A stretch of DNA of 64,000 nt from an uncultured delta proteobacterium. Its GTDB lineage: Bacteria; Desulfobacterota; Zymogenia; Zymogenales; Zymogenaceae. Below are positions 1 through 9,039 of the stretch, in pieces; positions within the stretch are counted from its first letter, which is position 1, and each line of letters opens with the position of its first letter. The translations under genes were made by a program, and so were the position numbers. The notes under the pieces were generated by a model, which made no database searches, had not been told where the DNA came from, and was given only the letters and a program-made list of their open reading frames with translations. The stretch is from contig CAVTLK010000003.1 in NCBI GenBank assembly GCA_963735595.1, positions 78,905 through 142,904 on the forward strand. The letters are read 5' to 3'.

Positions 1-383
1 CCGTTATCTGCCCGGAAGAACGTCGCTTTAACGCCCAACCCCCACATGAACATCGGGACATCGCCCTCTGCTTCCCAGTAGTCGGGTCCGATCGTATAAT
101 CGCTCTCCATGGTGAGGCTCCGCCCGCCGACAATCCCTATGAGGTCGACGTTGTTGAGGATACCCCAATTGAGCTGGGCGTAATAGGTGTGGGCGTTGAT
201 ATCCCAGCACCGGAATCCGGCAACGTCGGCCGAGCTGGTCTTCCACTCCGTCCCGGAGTACCCGTAGCGGAGCTGGGGCAGCAGCTTGCCTCCCCCGACT
301 GTGTCGCTCCCCTCGCCGGCGAACGACGCCAGCGAGAAAACCAGCAGGAGCGAAAGGGCCAAGAACAGAGATTTCTTGAACAT
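1..383 (-). CDS. Outer-membrane beta-barrel-like paralog, copy 1 (5' part; runs off the window edge)
   Basis: ATG at 383 after GGAGG; reads MFKKSLFLALSLLLVFSLASFAGEGSDTVGGGKLLPQLRYGYS...YAQLNWG...MWGLGVKATFFRADNG, matching copy 2. Confidence 0.85.
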   Translation of the reverse strand, partial: MFKKSLFLALSLLLVFSLASFAGEGSDTVGGGKLLPQLRYGYSGTEWKTSSADVAGFRCWDINAHTYYAQLNWGILNNVDLIGIVGGRSLTMESDYTIGPDYWEAEGDVPMFMWGLGVKATFFRADN

Positions 384-420
384 TGTCTTACCTCCTCTGA
401 TCAATAAGCAAAGCTACTAT

Positions 421-472
421 ATACTATATTCGAATAATGCGCTAAGTCAAGTTAAAATTAGAGCGCCCTAAT
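421..472 (-). promoter_or_regulatory. sigma70 promoter and ATTAG-N6-CTAAT palindrome, copy 1
   Basis: -35 TTGACT (445-450), -10 TAGTAT/TATAGT; ATTAGAGCGCCCTAAT at 457-472. Confidence 0.7.
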
Positions 473-520
473 AGATCGGTTATGTACTAATCTATGTACG
501 TAGGGTGTTCGTCGGGACAT

Positions 521-552
521 AAAAAGGGGACGATCCATAAGACCGTCCCCTT
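521..552 (-). terminator. Intrinsic terminator after copy 2
   Basis: AAGGGGACG-ATCCATAAGAC-CGTCCCCTT hairpin, U-tract on the minus strand. Confidence 0.8.
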
Positions 553-578
553 ATGTACATAAGAGATATGATCAGGTT

Positions 579-1433
579 TTAGTTCTTGCTCATCGGCTCT
601 AACTTGGGCTCAATGACCGGTACGGGAGCGGGTGCGGGAGCTACAGGTTTCGCGCAGATATCAAACATATATCCGATGCCGCCTTCAATGCCCCAGCCGT
701 CGTTGAAGTTCGTACGGCCCTCGAAGTTCAGGTAGAGCCGGTCGGTGACCTGGTGGTCCAGGCCGACGAACATGTAGACCGGGTCGTCCATGTGGTACTT
801 AATCTCGCCGGTGCCGGTGGTGAGCGGGAATGTCTGACGGTACTCAGACATAGCCTTTGACCAGGTATAATCCACGCCGATATAGGGGGTCAGGCCGGTA
901 TCGCCGATGTGCCAGCCGGCGTGGAGCTCCGGGATCAAACGGTAGATATCAGTCGTAACGTCCCATCCGACAGTTAAGACGCCCCCGGTATAGACATCGA
1001 CATCATAATTGTTTGAGAACGAGTGGGTGAAGAGGGCACCGCCGCCGACGTAGAGCCCGTTGTCGGCCCGGAAGAACGTCGCCTTGACGCCGATGCCCCA
1101 CATGAACATCTCCGCCCAGCCGTCGGATTCAATCGTAGTTGCCCCGACGCTTGTCTCTGTCGAGAGGCTCCGTCCGCCGACGACCCCGATGAGGTCAACG
1201 TTGTTCAGGATGCCCCAGTTAAGCTGGGCGTAGTAGTCATGGGCGCTGAAATCCCAGTCAAAGTATGGAGTGGTGAAATTCGATTTCGTGTCCCATTCCG
1301 TGACGGAATACCCGTAGCGGAGCTGGGGCAGCAGCTTGCCGCCGCCGACCGTGTCGCTCCCTTCGCCGGCAAAGGCCGAGAAAGAAACTAACAGCAGGAG
1401 CGAAAGGGCCAAGAACAGTGATTTCTTGAGCAT
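579..1433 (-). CDS. Outer-membrane beta-barrel-like paralog, copy 2 (intact, 284 aa)
   Basis: Sec signal ending AFA; alternating aromatic/Gly beta-strands; beta-signal-like GIGYMF followed by DICAKPVAPAPAPVPVIEPKLEPMSKN. Confidence 0.85.
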   Translation of the reverse strand: MLKKSLFLALSLLLLVSFSAFAGEGSDTVGGGKLLPQLRYGYSVTEWDTKSNFTTPYFDWDFSAHDYYAQLNWGILNNVDLIGVVGGRSLSTETSVGATTIESDGWAEMFMWGIGVKATFFRADNGLYVGGGALFTHSFSNNYDVDVYTGGVLTVGWDVTTDIYRLIPELHAGWHIGDTGLTPYIGVDYTWSKAMSEYRQTFPLTTGTGEIKYHMDDPVYMFVGLDHQVTDRLYLNFEGRTNFNDGWGIEGGIGYMFDICAKPVAPAPAPVPVIEPKLEPMSKN

Positions 1434-1470
1434 GATCTTACCTCCCGTGAATAAATAGCATGTTGGGTAT

Positions 1471-1522
1471 ATTCTACGTTTATACCGTAAGTATTGTCAA
1501 CTAAATATTAGAGCGCCCTAAT
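1471..1522 (-). promoter_or_regulatory. sigma70 promoter and palindrome, copy 2
   Basis: TTGACA (1495-1500)-N18-TAGAAT; ATTAGAGCGCCCTAAT at 1507-1522. Confidence 0.75.
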
Positions 1523-1568
1523 AGTCTTCTTTGAGGGACGTTAATCGGGTAACGGGGTTTTCCGGGGA

Positions 1569-1603
1569 TAAAGAAGGGGACGACCCCACGGATCGTCCCC
1601 TTT
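1569..1603 (-). terminator. Intrinsic terminator after copy 3
   Basis: AAGGGGACGA...TCGTCCCCTT hairpin. Confidence 0.8.
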
Positions 1604-1629
1604 GTGTCCTTATGTAAAATACTCAGGAC

Positions 1630-2480
1630 TTAGTTCTTGCTCATCGGCTCAAGCTTGGGCTCGATGACCGGTGCGGGAGCGGGTGCGGGAGCCACCGGCT
1701 TCGCGCAGATGTCGAACATATAGCCGATGCCGGTTTCTATGCCCCAACCGTCGACGAAGTTCGTCCGGCCTTCCACGTTGATGTAGATCTTATCCATCAG
1801 GAAATAATCAACGCCGGCAAACATCATGAAGGGATTCTGCATTCGGTACTCGGTTTCTCCGTCACCCTCAACCTCGGTAAGCGCCCTTGACCAGGTATAA
1901 TCCGCGCCGATGTAGGGCGTCAGGCCGATCTTCTTGATGTTCCAGCCGACGTGGAGCTCGGGGGTCAGCCGGTAGACGGACCGCTCATATATGCTGGGAG
2001 ACTCGCCCAAGAGCACGCCGTTAAAATAGAGCTTGAGGCTGTAATCGCGCGAGAACGAGTGGGTGAAGAGCGCGCCGCCGCCGATATAGAGGCCGTTTTC
2101 GGCTCGATAGAACGTCCCCTTGACGCCCAATCCCCACAGGAACATCGGTACCGTATCGGTCTTCATGCCCATGTTTAACAGGCCGGGAATGATATCGAAA
2201 TCGCTCTCCGAAGAGACGCTCCGTCCGCCGACGAGCGGCGATAAGGTCGACGTTGTTAAGGATGCCCCAGTTGACCTGGGCGTAGTAGTTGTGCGCATTG
2301 ACGTCCCACTCGGTAAAGAGCGTCGCCTCGTTGGTTACCCAGTCGGTGGACGGAGTATCCATAGCGGAGCTGGGGCAGCAGCTTGCCGCCGCCGACGGTG
2401 TCGCTCCCTTCGCCGGCAAATGCCGAGAACGAGATGACCAACAGGAGCGAAAGGGCCAGGAACAGTGATTTTTTAAGCAT
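1630..2480 (-). CDS. Outer-membrane beta-barrel-like paralog, copy 3 (frameshifted as given)
   Basis: Homologous segments split over three frames (shifts near 2350 and 2240); same N- and C-termini as copy 2. Confidence 0.8.
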
Positions 2481-2519
2481 GTTCTTTTCTCCCCATAAAT
2501 AATACAAAAAATTTCGTAT

Positions 2520-2573
2520 ATTCTATGTTTATTACGCAAGCAGTGTCAAGAAGAAACTTAAAAGTATTCTAAT
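2520..2573 (-). promoter_or_regulatory. sigma70 promoter and degenerate palindrome, copy 3
   Basis: TTGACA (2544-2549)-N18-TAGAAT; CTTAA-N7-CTAAT at 2557-2573. Confidence 0.65.
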
Positions 2574-2607
2574 GACTCCTTAGCCGGTATGTGCCCATTT
2601 TCAGGAC

Positions 2608-2640
2608 AAAAAAGGGGACGATCCACGGGACCGTCCCCTT
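2608..2640 (-). terminator. Intrinsic terminator after copy 4
   Basis: AAAAAAGGGGACGATCC-ACG-GGACCGTCCCCTT. Confidence 0.8.
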
Positions 2641-2666
2641 ATGTACATAAGAGATATGATCAGGTT

Positions 2667-3519
2667 TTAGTTCTTGCTCATCGGCTCTAGCTTGGGCTCA
2701 ATGACCGGTGCGGGAGCGGGTGCGGGAGCTACAGGCTTCGCGCAGAGGTCAAACATATAGCCGATGCCGCTCTCGATGCCCCAGCCGTCGTCAAAGTTGG
2801 TCCGGCCTTCAACGTTCAGGTAGAGCCTGTCGTTGATAAAGTGGTCGAGACCGACGAACACGTAGACCGGGTCGTCTAGGTGATAATCAACCTCGCCAGT
2901 TGGCTGGGTTGCCCACTGGTCCAATCGGTGTTCGCTCGCAGCCAGGTATAGTCCACGCCAATGTACGGGGTCAGACCGGTGTCGCCGATGTGCCAGCCGA
3001 CGTGGAGCTCGGGGGTGAGGCGGTAAACGCTCATTTCGACGTCAAATTCGTTAATGAGCACGCCTGCGTTATCAAAGTGCTCAATAACGAGGTCGTTCCG
3101 AACGAATGGGTGAAGAGGGCGCCGCCGCCGACGTATAACCCGTTGTCGGCGCGGAAGAACGTCGCCCTAACGCCGAGGCCCCACATGAACATCGGCCCCC
3201 AGTCGGACTCAATGGATTCACCGTCGAAAGGCTCATCACTTTCCATCATGAGGCTTTGTCCGCCGACAAGCCCGACGAGTTCAACGTTCTCAAGGACGCC
3301 CCAGTTGAGCTGGGCGTAGTAGCTGTGGGTGTTGACGTCCCAATCCCTGAAACCAGCTACATCAGCAGAGACCGTACGCCAATCCGAAACCGTATACCCG
3401 TAGCGGAGCTGTGGCAAAAGCTTGCCGCCACCGACCGTGTCGCTCCCCTCGCCGGCAAACGCCGAGAACGAGACTACCAGCAGGAGCGAAAGGGCCAAGA
3501 ACAAAGATTTCTTGAGCAT
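2667..3519 (-). CDS. Outer-membrane beta-barrel-like paralog, copy 4 (frameshifted as given)
   Basis: ORF pieces 3031-3519, 2876-3061 and 2667-2924 each match parts of copy 2. Confidence 0.8.
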
Positions 3520-3556
3520 AATTCTACCTCTTTTAATTGGTGGAGATAATAGTTAT

Positions 3557-3608
3557 ATCTTATGTTTATAATATAGCCAATGTCAAGTGAAAATTAGAAT
3601 AGTCTAAT
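3557..3608 (-). promoter_or_regulatory. sigma70 promoter and palindrome, copy 4
   Basis: TTGACA (3581-3586)-N18-TAAGAT; ATTAGAATAGTCTAAT at 3593-3608. Confidence 0.75.
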
Positions 3609-3657
3609 AACTTCCCGTACCGGGCGATTAGCCGGTTGCCAGGCCTTTCCCGGGGAT

Positions 3658-3690
3658 AAAAAAGGGGGCGATCTCTGGGATCGTCCCCTT
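3658..3690 (-). terminator. Intrinsic terminator after copy 5
   Basis: AAAAAAGGGGGCGATC...GATCGTCCCCTT. Confidence 0.8.
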
Positions 3691-3717
3691 GTAATACCTG
3701 GGCGATATGTGCAGCGC

Positions 3718-4559
3718 TTAGTTCTTGCTCATCGGCTCTAACTTGGGCTCGATGACCGGCGCGGGGGCGGGTGCCGGAGCGGGCGCCGGTTTTGCGCAGA
3801 TGTCAAACATATATCCGAAACCGGCTTCTACGCCCCAGCCGTCGACGAAGTTTGTACGGCCTTCCACGTTAAGGTAGAGCTTGTCGTTCAACAGGTAGTC
3901 GACGCCGACGAACATGAAGAACGGGTTCTCGAGGCGATTCACGATCTTGCCACCGCCTTCGATTTCGGCAACTGCCCTCGACCAGGTATAATCGACGCCG
4001 AGGTACGGGGTCAGGCCGGTATCCTTGATATGCCAGCCGACATGAATTTCGGGGGTCAGCATATAGGCGCTCAGGGTGGCACGATACTCGGCGACGAGCA
4101 CGCCGTCTTCGTAGTCTTGAGATCGAAATCGTTTGAGAACGAGTGAGTGAAGAGCACGCCGCCGCCGACGTATAATCCGTTGTCGGCCCGGAAGAACGTC
4201 GCCTTGAAACCGAGTCCCCACAGAAACATCGGTACGGAACCGGCCTTGAACTCCTCAGAGAAACGATCCTAATAGTCACTCTCCGCGGAGACACTCCGTC
4301 CACCGACGATCGCAATGAGGTCAAGGTTGTTTAAAACGCCCCAGTTGAGCTGGGCATAGTAGTTATGGGCTGTGATGTCCCAGTCCTCGAAGTCCGTAGC
4401 GGCGCTCGAATGGGTCTCCCAGTCGGAGACGGAATACCCGTAGCGGAGCTGGGGTAGCAGCTTACCGCCGCCGACGGTGTCGCTTCCCTCGCCGGCGAAC
4501 GCGGAAAGCGAGAAGACGAGCATCAGGGCGAGAGTTACCAGAAGTGATTTCCTGATCAT
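3718..4559 (-). CDS. Outer-membrane beta-barrel-like paralog, copy 5 (in-frame TAG at 4269-4271 and frameshift near 4118)
   Basis: Reading continues in the same frame after the TAG (DRFSEEFKAGSVPMFLWGLGFKATFFRADNG); conserved C-terminal tail. Confidence 0.8.
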
Positions 4560-4601
4560 AGTCGTTCCTTCCTGATGGTGGTTGAAGTTGATACTTTGAA
4601 T

Positions 4602-4652
4602 ATTGTATTTTAAGAATTGTACCCTGTCAAGGAGAAATTAGGCAATCTTAAT
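4602..4652 (-). promoter_or_regulatory. sigma70 promoter and palindrome, copy 5
   Basis: TTGACA (4625-4630)-N17-TACAAT; ATTAGGCAATCTTAAT at 4637-4652. Confidence 0.75.
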
Positions 4653-4807
4653 AAAAGATCGGGATGCCTGACCGGCCGGCGCTTCGTTCATCCTTATATC
4701 GGCAGGGAAATGGGGATGGCTGAACGCCGAAGGAGGTCAGTTACCCGATAGAAAAAACGGGACGATCCTATGATCCTCCCTGGGTATCTAAGCGAAAAAA
4801 TCAGCTT

Positions 4808-5655
4808 TTAGTTCTTGCTCATGGGCTCGAGCTTGGGCTCGATGACCGGCGCGGGAGCGGGCGCAGGAGCCGGCTTTTCGCAGATGTCAAAGAGGTATCC
4901 GAATCCGGCGGATACGCCCCAGCGGTTGAGCATATTGCCTTCGACGTTGAAGTAGAGGCGGTCGTTGACGTAATAGTCGACGCCGGCAAAGATGCCGAAC
5001 GAATCTTTCTGGTCGAAGTTGAGATCGATGTCGGCGTCAAGGGGGATAACTCTGGCCGATGTCGTAGCTTGCCTCGGCCCAGGCCCAGCGGTACTCAACG
5101 CCGAGGTAGGGGGTCAGGCCGATATCCTTGAAGTGCCAGCCGGCGTGGATATCCGGGGTGAGGGTGATCATCCTGGTGCTGATCTTGGTCGGGAAGCCCG
5201 CGATGATGGGTGCGATGTCAGCGCCGCCGACGGTTCCGCTGATCTTGAGGGTCTTGTCGTCCCGAAGGAATGGGTGAAGAGCAGCCCGCCGCCGATATAG
5301 AACCCGTTATCGCCGCGGAAGAAGGTCGCCTTCACACCCAGGCCGTAGAGGAAGCTGGCGGAGCTGTCGTACTTGGCGTTGATATTGATGCCGCCTAATA
5401 GCGGCGTATGTAAGGACGTCGGCGTCAAGGGACTCGAACCGCGCGCCCACGAGGCCGTAGATATCGATGTTGGGATGAACGCCCCAGTTGAGCTGCGCGT
5501 AGACGTCGTGCATGGTCAGGTCATAGCTGCCGGCGTCGAGCAAGCGGGAAGTTGGTTGAGAGCTCCGTTGACATGTACGAGTAGCGAAGCTGGGGCAGGA
5601 GACGGCAGTCACCGACGGTATCGCTACCGGCGCCGCCGCCGCCCAGGAACGGCGA
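4808..5655 (-). CDS. Outer-membrane beta-barrel-like paralog, copy 6 (second subfamily; garbled 5' end, frameshifts)
   Basis: YAQLNWGVHPNID, GLGVKATFFRGDNG, DICEKPAPAPAPAPVIEPKLEPMSKN; signal peptide region degraded. Confidence 0.75.
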
Positions 5656-5683
5656 GTTCATCGGCCGATCTCGACGTCCCGTT

Positions 5684-6496
5684 GATGTCAAAGAGGTAGC
5701 CCACGCTTGCGCTCACGCCCCAGCGGTTCAGCATATTGCCTTCGACGTTGAAGTAGAGGTGGTCGGTGACGTAATAGTCGACGCCGGCGAAGATGCCGAT
5801 ACGAGTCTTTCTGTTCCAGGTTGAGATCGATATCGCCGTCAAGGGGGATAACTGCTGGCCGATGTCGTAGCTCGCCTTGGCCCACGCCCAGCGGTACTCG
5901 ACGCCGATGTAGGGGGTCAGGTCGATGTTCTTGAAGTGCCAGCCGGCGTGGATATCCGGGGTGAGGGTGATCATGCTGGTGCTTGAGCTTGCCGGCCGAG
6001 AGGCTGAACGGACCGCCGCCGACGGTCCCGTCGATATTGAGGGACTGCTCGCCGCCGAAGGAATGGGTGAAGAGCAACGCCGCCGCCGATGTAGAACCCG
6101 TTATCGTTACGGAAGAAGGTCGCCTTTACGCCCAGGCCGTAGAGGAAGTTGGCGGAGTAGTCGTAGTCCGCGTTGATGTTGATGCCCGCAAGCGGGATGT
6201 CCAGGACGTCGCCGTGCAGCGCGTCAAAACGTGCACCGGCCAGCCCGATGAGGTCGATGTTGGGATGCACGCCCCAGTTGAGCTGCGCGTACACGTCGTG
6301 TGTCGGTCAGGTTATAGGTGCCGGAATTAAGAAGCGGGAAGTTAGTTGCACGAGCTTCGTATTGCATGTACGAGTAGCGAAGCTCGGGCCGGAGCTTCCC
6401 GTCACCGACGGTGTCGCTGCCTTCGCCGGCGAATACGGACGCCGCCAGGAGCAGGGTAAGCCCCAAGGCTAACGTGAGAAACAAGGATCTCTTCAT
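5684..6496 (-). CDS. Outer-membrane beta-barrel-like paralog, copy 7 (second subfamily; tail missing, frameshifts)
   Basis: MKRSLFLTLALGLTLLLAASVFAGEGSDTVGDGKLRPELRYSY...GYLFDI, then sequence jumps into copy 6. Confidence 0.75.
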
Positions 6497-6585
6497 CTTT
6501 TACCTCCATGCTTGATGACAAGCGATTCTCATCCGTGAATATATAAACGGTTGAGTACATTAAATAGCGAACGAAATAGAGTAGA

Positions 6586-6613
6586 ATTATAGCAGTCTAA
6601 TGTTTCATGTCAA
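6586..6613 (-). promoter_or_regulatory. sigma70 promoter of copy 7, palindrome overlapping the -10
   Basis: TTGACA (6608-6613)-N16-TATAAT with TGn extension; ATTATAGCAGTCTAAT at 6586-6601. Confidence 0.65.
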
Positions 6614-7038
6614 CCAAAAAAGGACTATCTGCTGAAAAGAAATCGTGTATAAAGTGAGTTAAAACAATATAATAGGAATAGCTGCATTAAATTGAACCAT
6701 GCGTGCAACTTTACATGATAGCGGCAGTATTTGCATATGCGAATATTCGCACGGTCCGGTAAACTCCCACTCGCCCAACGGTTCCGTATATCAGGAGAGC
6801 GCCCCCAGCCCACCAGGAGGCCACCTGCCGTAAACCGTCAGATCAGTACGTAAGGCGTTTACAAACCGCCCCCACTAATGACCTCCGGGGGCGTGATATT
6901 AAGTGAATATTGTTAAATCAGCTTAACAATGTAAGCATGGTCACTCCTCCTTCCCGAATAAAGGGTGATATAATATGGTTATATCTGAAAACCGTAATCA
7001 AGGATTCAGCGACCTTCACTGAAAAGGAGTCTGCTACC

Positions 7039-8778
7039 ATGAAACGAATCTTTCTTGCCGTGTTTGGTTTCCTTCTTTCGTTCGCGTTATTGGTCACTTA
7101 CGGGTGGGCTGCCGAGTGGGCTCCCCGCAATAAGGTCGTGTTCTATCAGGACTACGGATGCGATACGGGCAACGATCTTGAACTCGGTGCAGGCAGCTAC
7201 CCGGATTTGCGCGACTATCGGACGGGAGGGTCCGGTGGACAGAACTGGAACGATCAAATCTCGTCCATGGTGATCGGGGCGAGCGTAACCACGGTAATCG
7301 TCTATGAACATATCAATTACGGAGGCAGGAGCAAGGAGTTCACCAGGTCATGGAAAAAGCACAACGAAGACTGCAACACAATGGACGAGTGGTGGAATGA
7401 CAAGATCAGCTCCGTCAAGATCATCGGACCGGGATCCTCCTCTCCGTGGGACGAACCCGTTACCCGCGACAAGGCCGTTTTCTACCAGGACGGCGGATGT
7501 GACGGCGGCAATTACGTTGAGCTTGAAGAGGGGGAATACGCGGACCTGCGAGAGCTCAGGGTAAAGGGATCGGGCAGTTCCACCTGGAACGACCGGATCT
7601 CGTGTATGGTAATCGGATCGGGTATCTCCAAGGTGATCGTCTATGAGCACGTCAACTTCGGTGGGAGGAGCAGCGTATTCACCCGATCGGGAGGGGGGTC
7701 GGACTCAATCCAGAATATTATGGGCGGCTGGTGGGACGACAAGATCAGCTCAATCAAGGTCATCGGTACGGGATCGTCCTCTCCGTGGGATGCACCCGTT
7801 ACCCGCGATAGGGCCGTGTTCTACCAGGACGGCGGGTGCGACGGCGGCAATTACGTTGAGCTTGAAGAGGGGGAATACGCGGACCTGCGCAAGCTTAAAG
7901 TAAAGGGATCGGGCAGTTCCACCTGGAACGACCGGATCTCGTGCATGGTAATCGGATCGGGTATCTCCAAGGTGATCGTCTACGAGCACGTCAACTTCGA
8001 GGGGAGGAGCAGCGTATTCACCCGATCGGGGTGGACGGACTCAATCCAAAATATTGAGGGTGGTTGGTGGGATGACAAGATCAGCTCAATCAAGGTCATC
8101 GGTACGGAATCTTCCAAACCGTGGAAGAAGCCGATCGCACGGGACAAGGCCGTGTTCTACCAGGACGATAAATGCGAAGGAGGCACCTACGTGGAGCTGA
8201 GAGAAGGGGAATACCCGGATCTCCGTGAGCTCAGGGTAAAGGGATCGGGCAGCGACACCTGGAACGATCGAATCTCTTGCATAACGATCGGGTCAGAGAT
8301 CTCCCAGGTTATAATCTATCAACACCCGAACTTCGAGGGGAAGGGCAAGGTCCTCACGCGGTCAAGCGGCGAACCAGACGTAAGTTGGAGCCTTCTGGGC
8401 GGATGGAGTTATAAAAAGATATCTTCGATCAAGGTAATCGGCTCAGGATCGGGGACGCCGCGGGACGAACCGGCCCCGCGCAATAGAGCCGTGTTCTACC
8501 AGGACAACTGCGGCAGCGGGGACCGTATAGAACTGGCAAAAGGCGAATACCCGGATTTACGCGAGTTTGCGGTAAAGGGCTCGAGCAGCGCCACCTGGAA
8601 CGACCGAATCTCATGCATAACTATCGGGCTGGGGATAAACAAGGTAACCGTCTATGAACACCCGAATTTTGAGGGGAAGAGCAGGGAGTTCACGCGGCCG
8701 TGGGGCGGCTCGGACACAAACTGGAGCCTCTCAGGCCTGTGGTGCAACGACAAGGTCACTTCGCTCAAGGTTCAGTAG
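7039..8778 (+). CDS. Secreted beta/gamma-crystallin-repeat protein (5 tandem domains)
   Basis: AAGGAG then ATG 7039; signal peptide MKRIFLAVFG...; five ~110-aa repeats with VFYQD, WND(R/Q)IS, VYEHxNFxG, WxDKISS. Confidence 0.85.
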   Translation: MKRIFLAVFGFLLSFALLVTYGWAAEWAPRNKVVFYQDYGCDTGNDLELGAGSYPDLRDYRTGGSGGQNWNDQISSMVIGASVTTVIVYEHINYGGRSKEFTRSWKKHNEDCNTMDEWWNDKISSVKIIGPGSSSPWDEPVTRDKAVFYQDGGCDGGNYVELEEGEYADLRELRVKGSGSSTWNDRISCMVIGSGISKVIVYEHVNFGGRSSVFTRSGGGSDSIQNIMGGWWDDKISSIKVIGTGSSSPWDAPVTRDRAVFYQDGGCDGGNYVELEEGEYADLRKLKVKGSGSSTWNDRISCMVIGSGISKVIVYEHVNFEGRSSVFTRSGWTDSIQNIEGGWWDDKISSIKVIGTESSKPWKKPIARDKAVFYQDDKCEGGTYVELREGEYPDLRELRVKGSGSDTWNDRISCITIGSEISQVIIYQHPNFEGKGKVLTRSSGEPDVSWSLLGGWSYKKISSIKVIGSGSGTPRDEPAPRNRAVFYQDNCGSGDRIELAKGEYPDLREFAVKGSSSATWNDRISCITIGLGINKVTVYEHPNFEGKSREFTRPWGGSDTNWSLSGLWCNDKVTSLKVQ

Positions 8779-8797
8779 ACCCGATCATGGGTGATAT

Positions 8798-8828
8798 ACG
8801 GGGGCCGTTTGAGAAAACGGCCCCCGTA
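8798..8828 (+). terminator. Intrinsic terminator
   Basis: ACGGGGGCCGTTT-GAGA-AAACGGCCCCCGT perfect hairpin. Confidence 0.75.
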
Positions 8829-9039
8829 TTATGTAATCGAAGACCATGAAACTTTCGACTGTACCGTCCCGGTATACCCGGTATTTCTCGTGCCTTCCTC
8901 TTTTCCCTTGCCTTTCCTCTCTAAAATCCGCTACAGTTGAACCGGCGTACCGGAAGATCGCGTTCGCCGCGAGGCCAAAGGACGCATCTCATCATGCTAT
9001 CATACCTACTACCATAGTTCCTGCTATCGGAGGGATGCC

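Noticed and set aside
1..6496. CRISPR array, DGR or invertase shufflon as the explanation for the repeats
   Set aside because: Units are ~1-kb whole genes in one orientation; no short repeat-spacer pattern, reverse transcriptase or recombinase in the window
6910..7038. Longer N-terminus of the crystallin ORF
   Set aside because: SD and signal peptide point to ATG 7039
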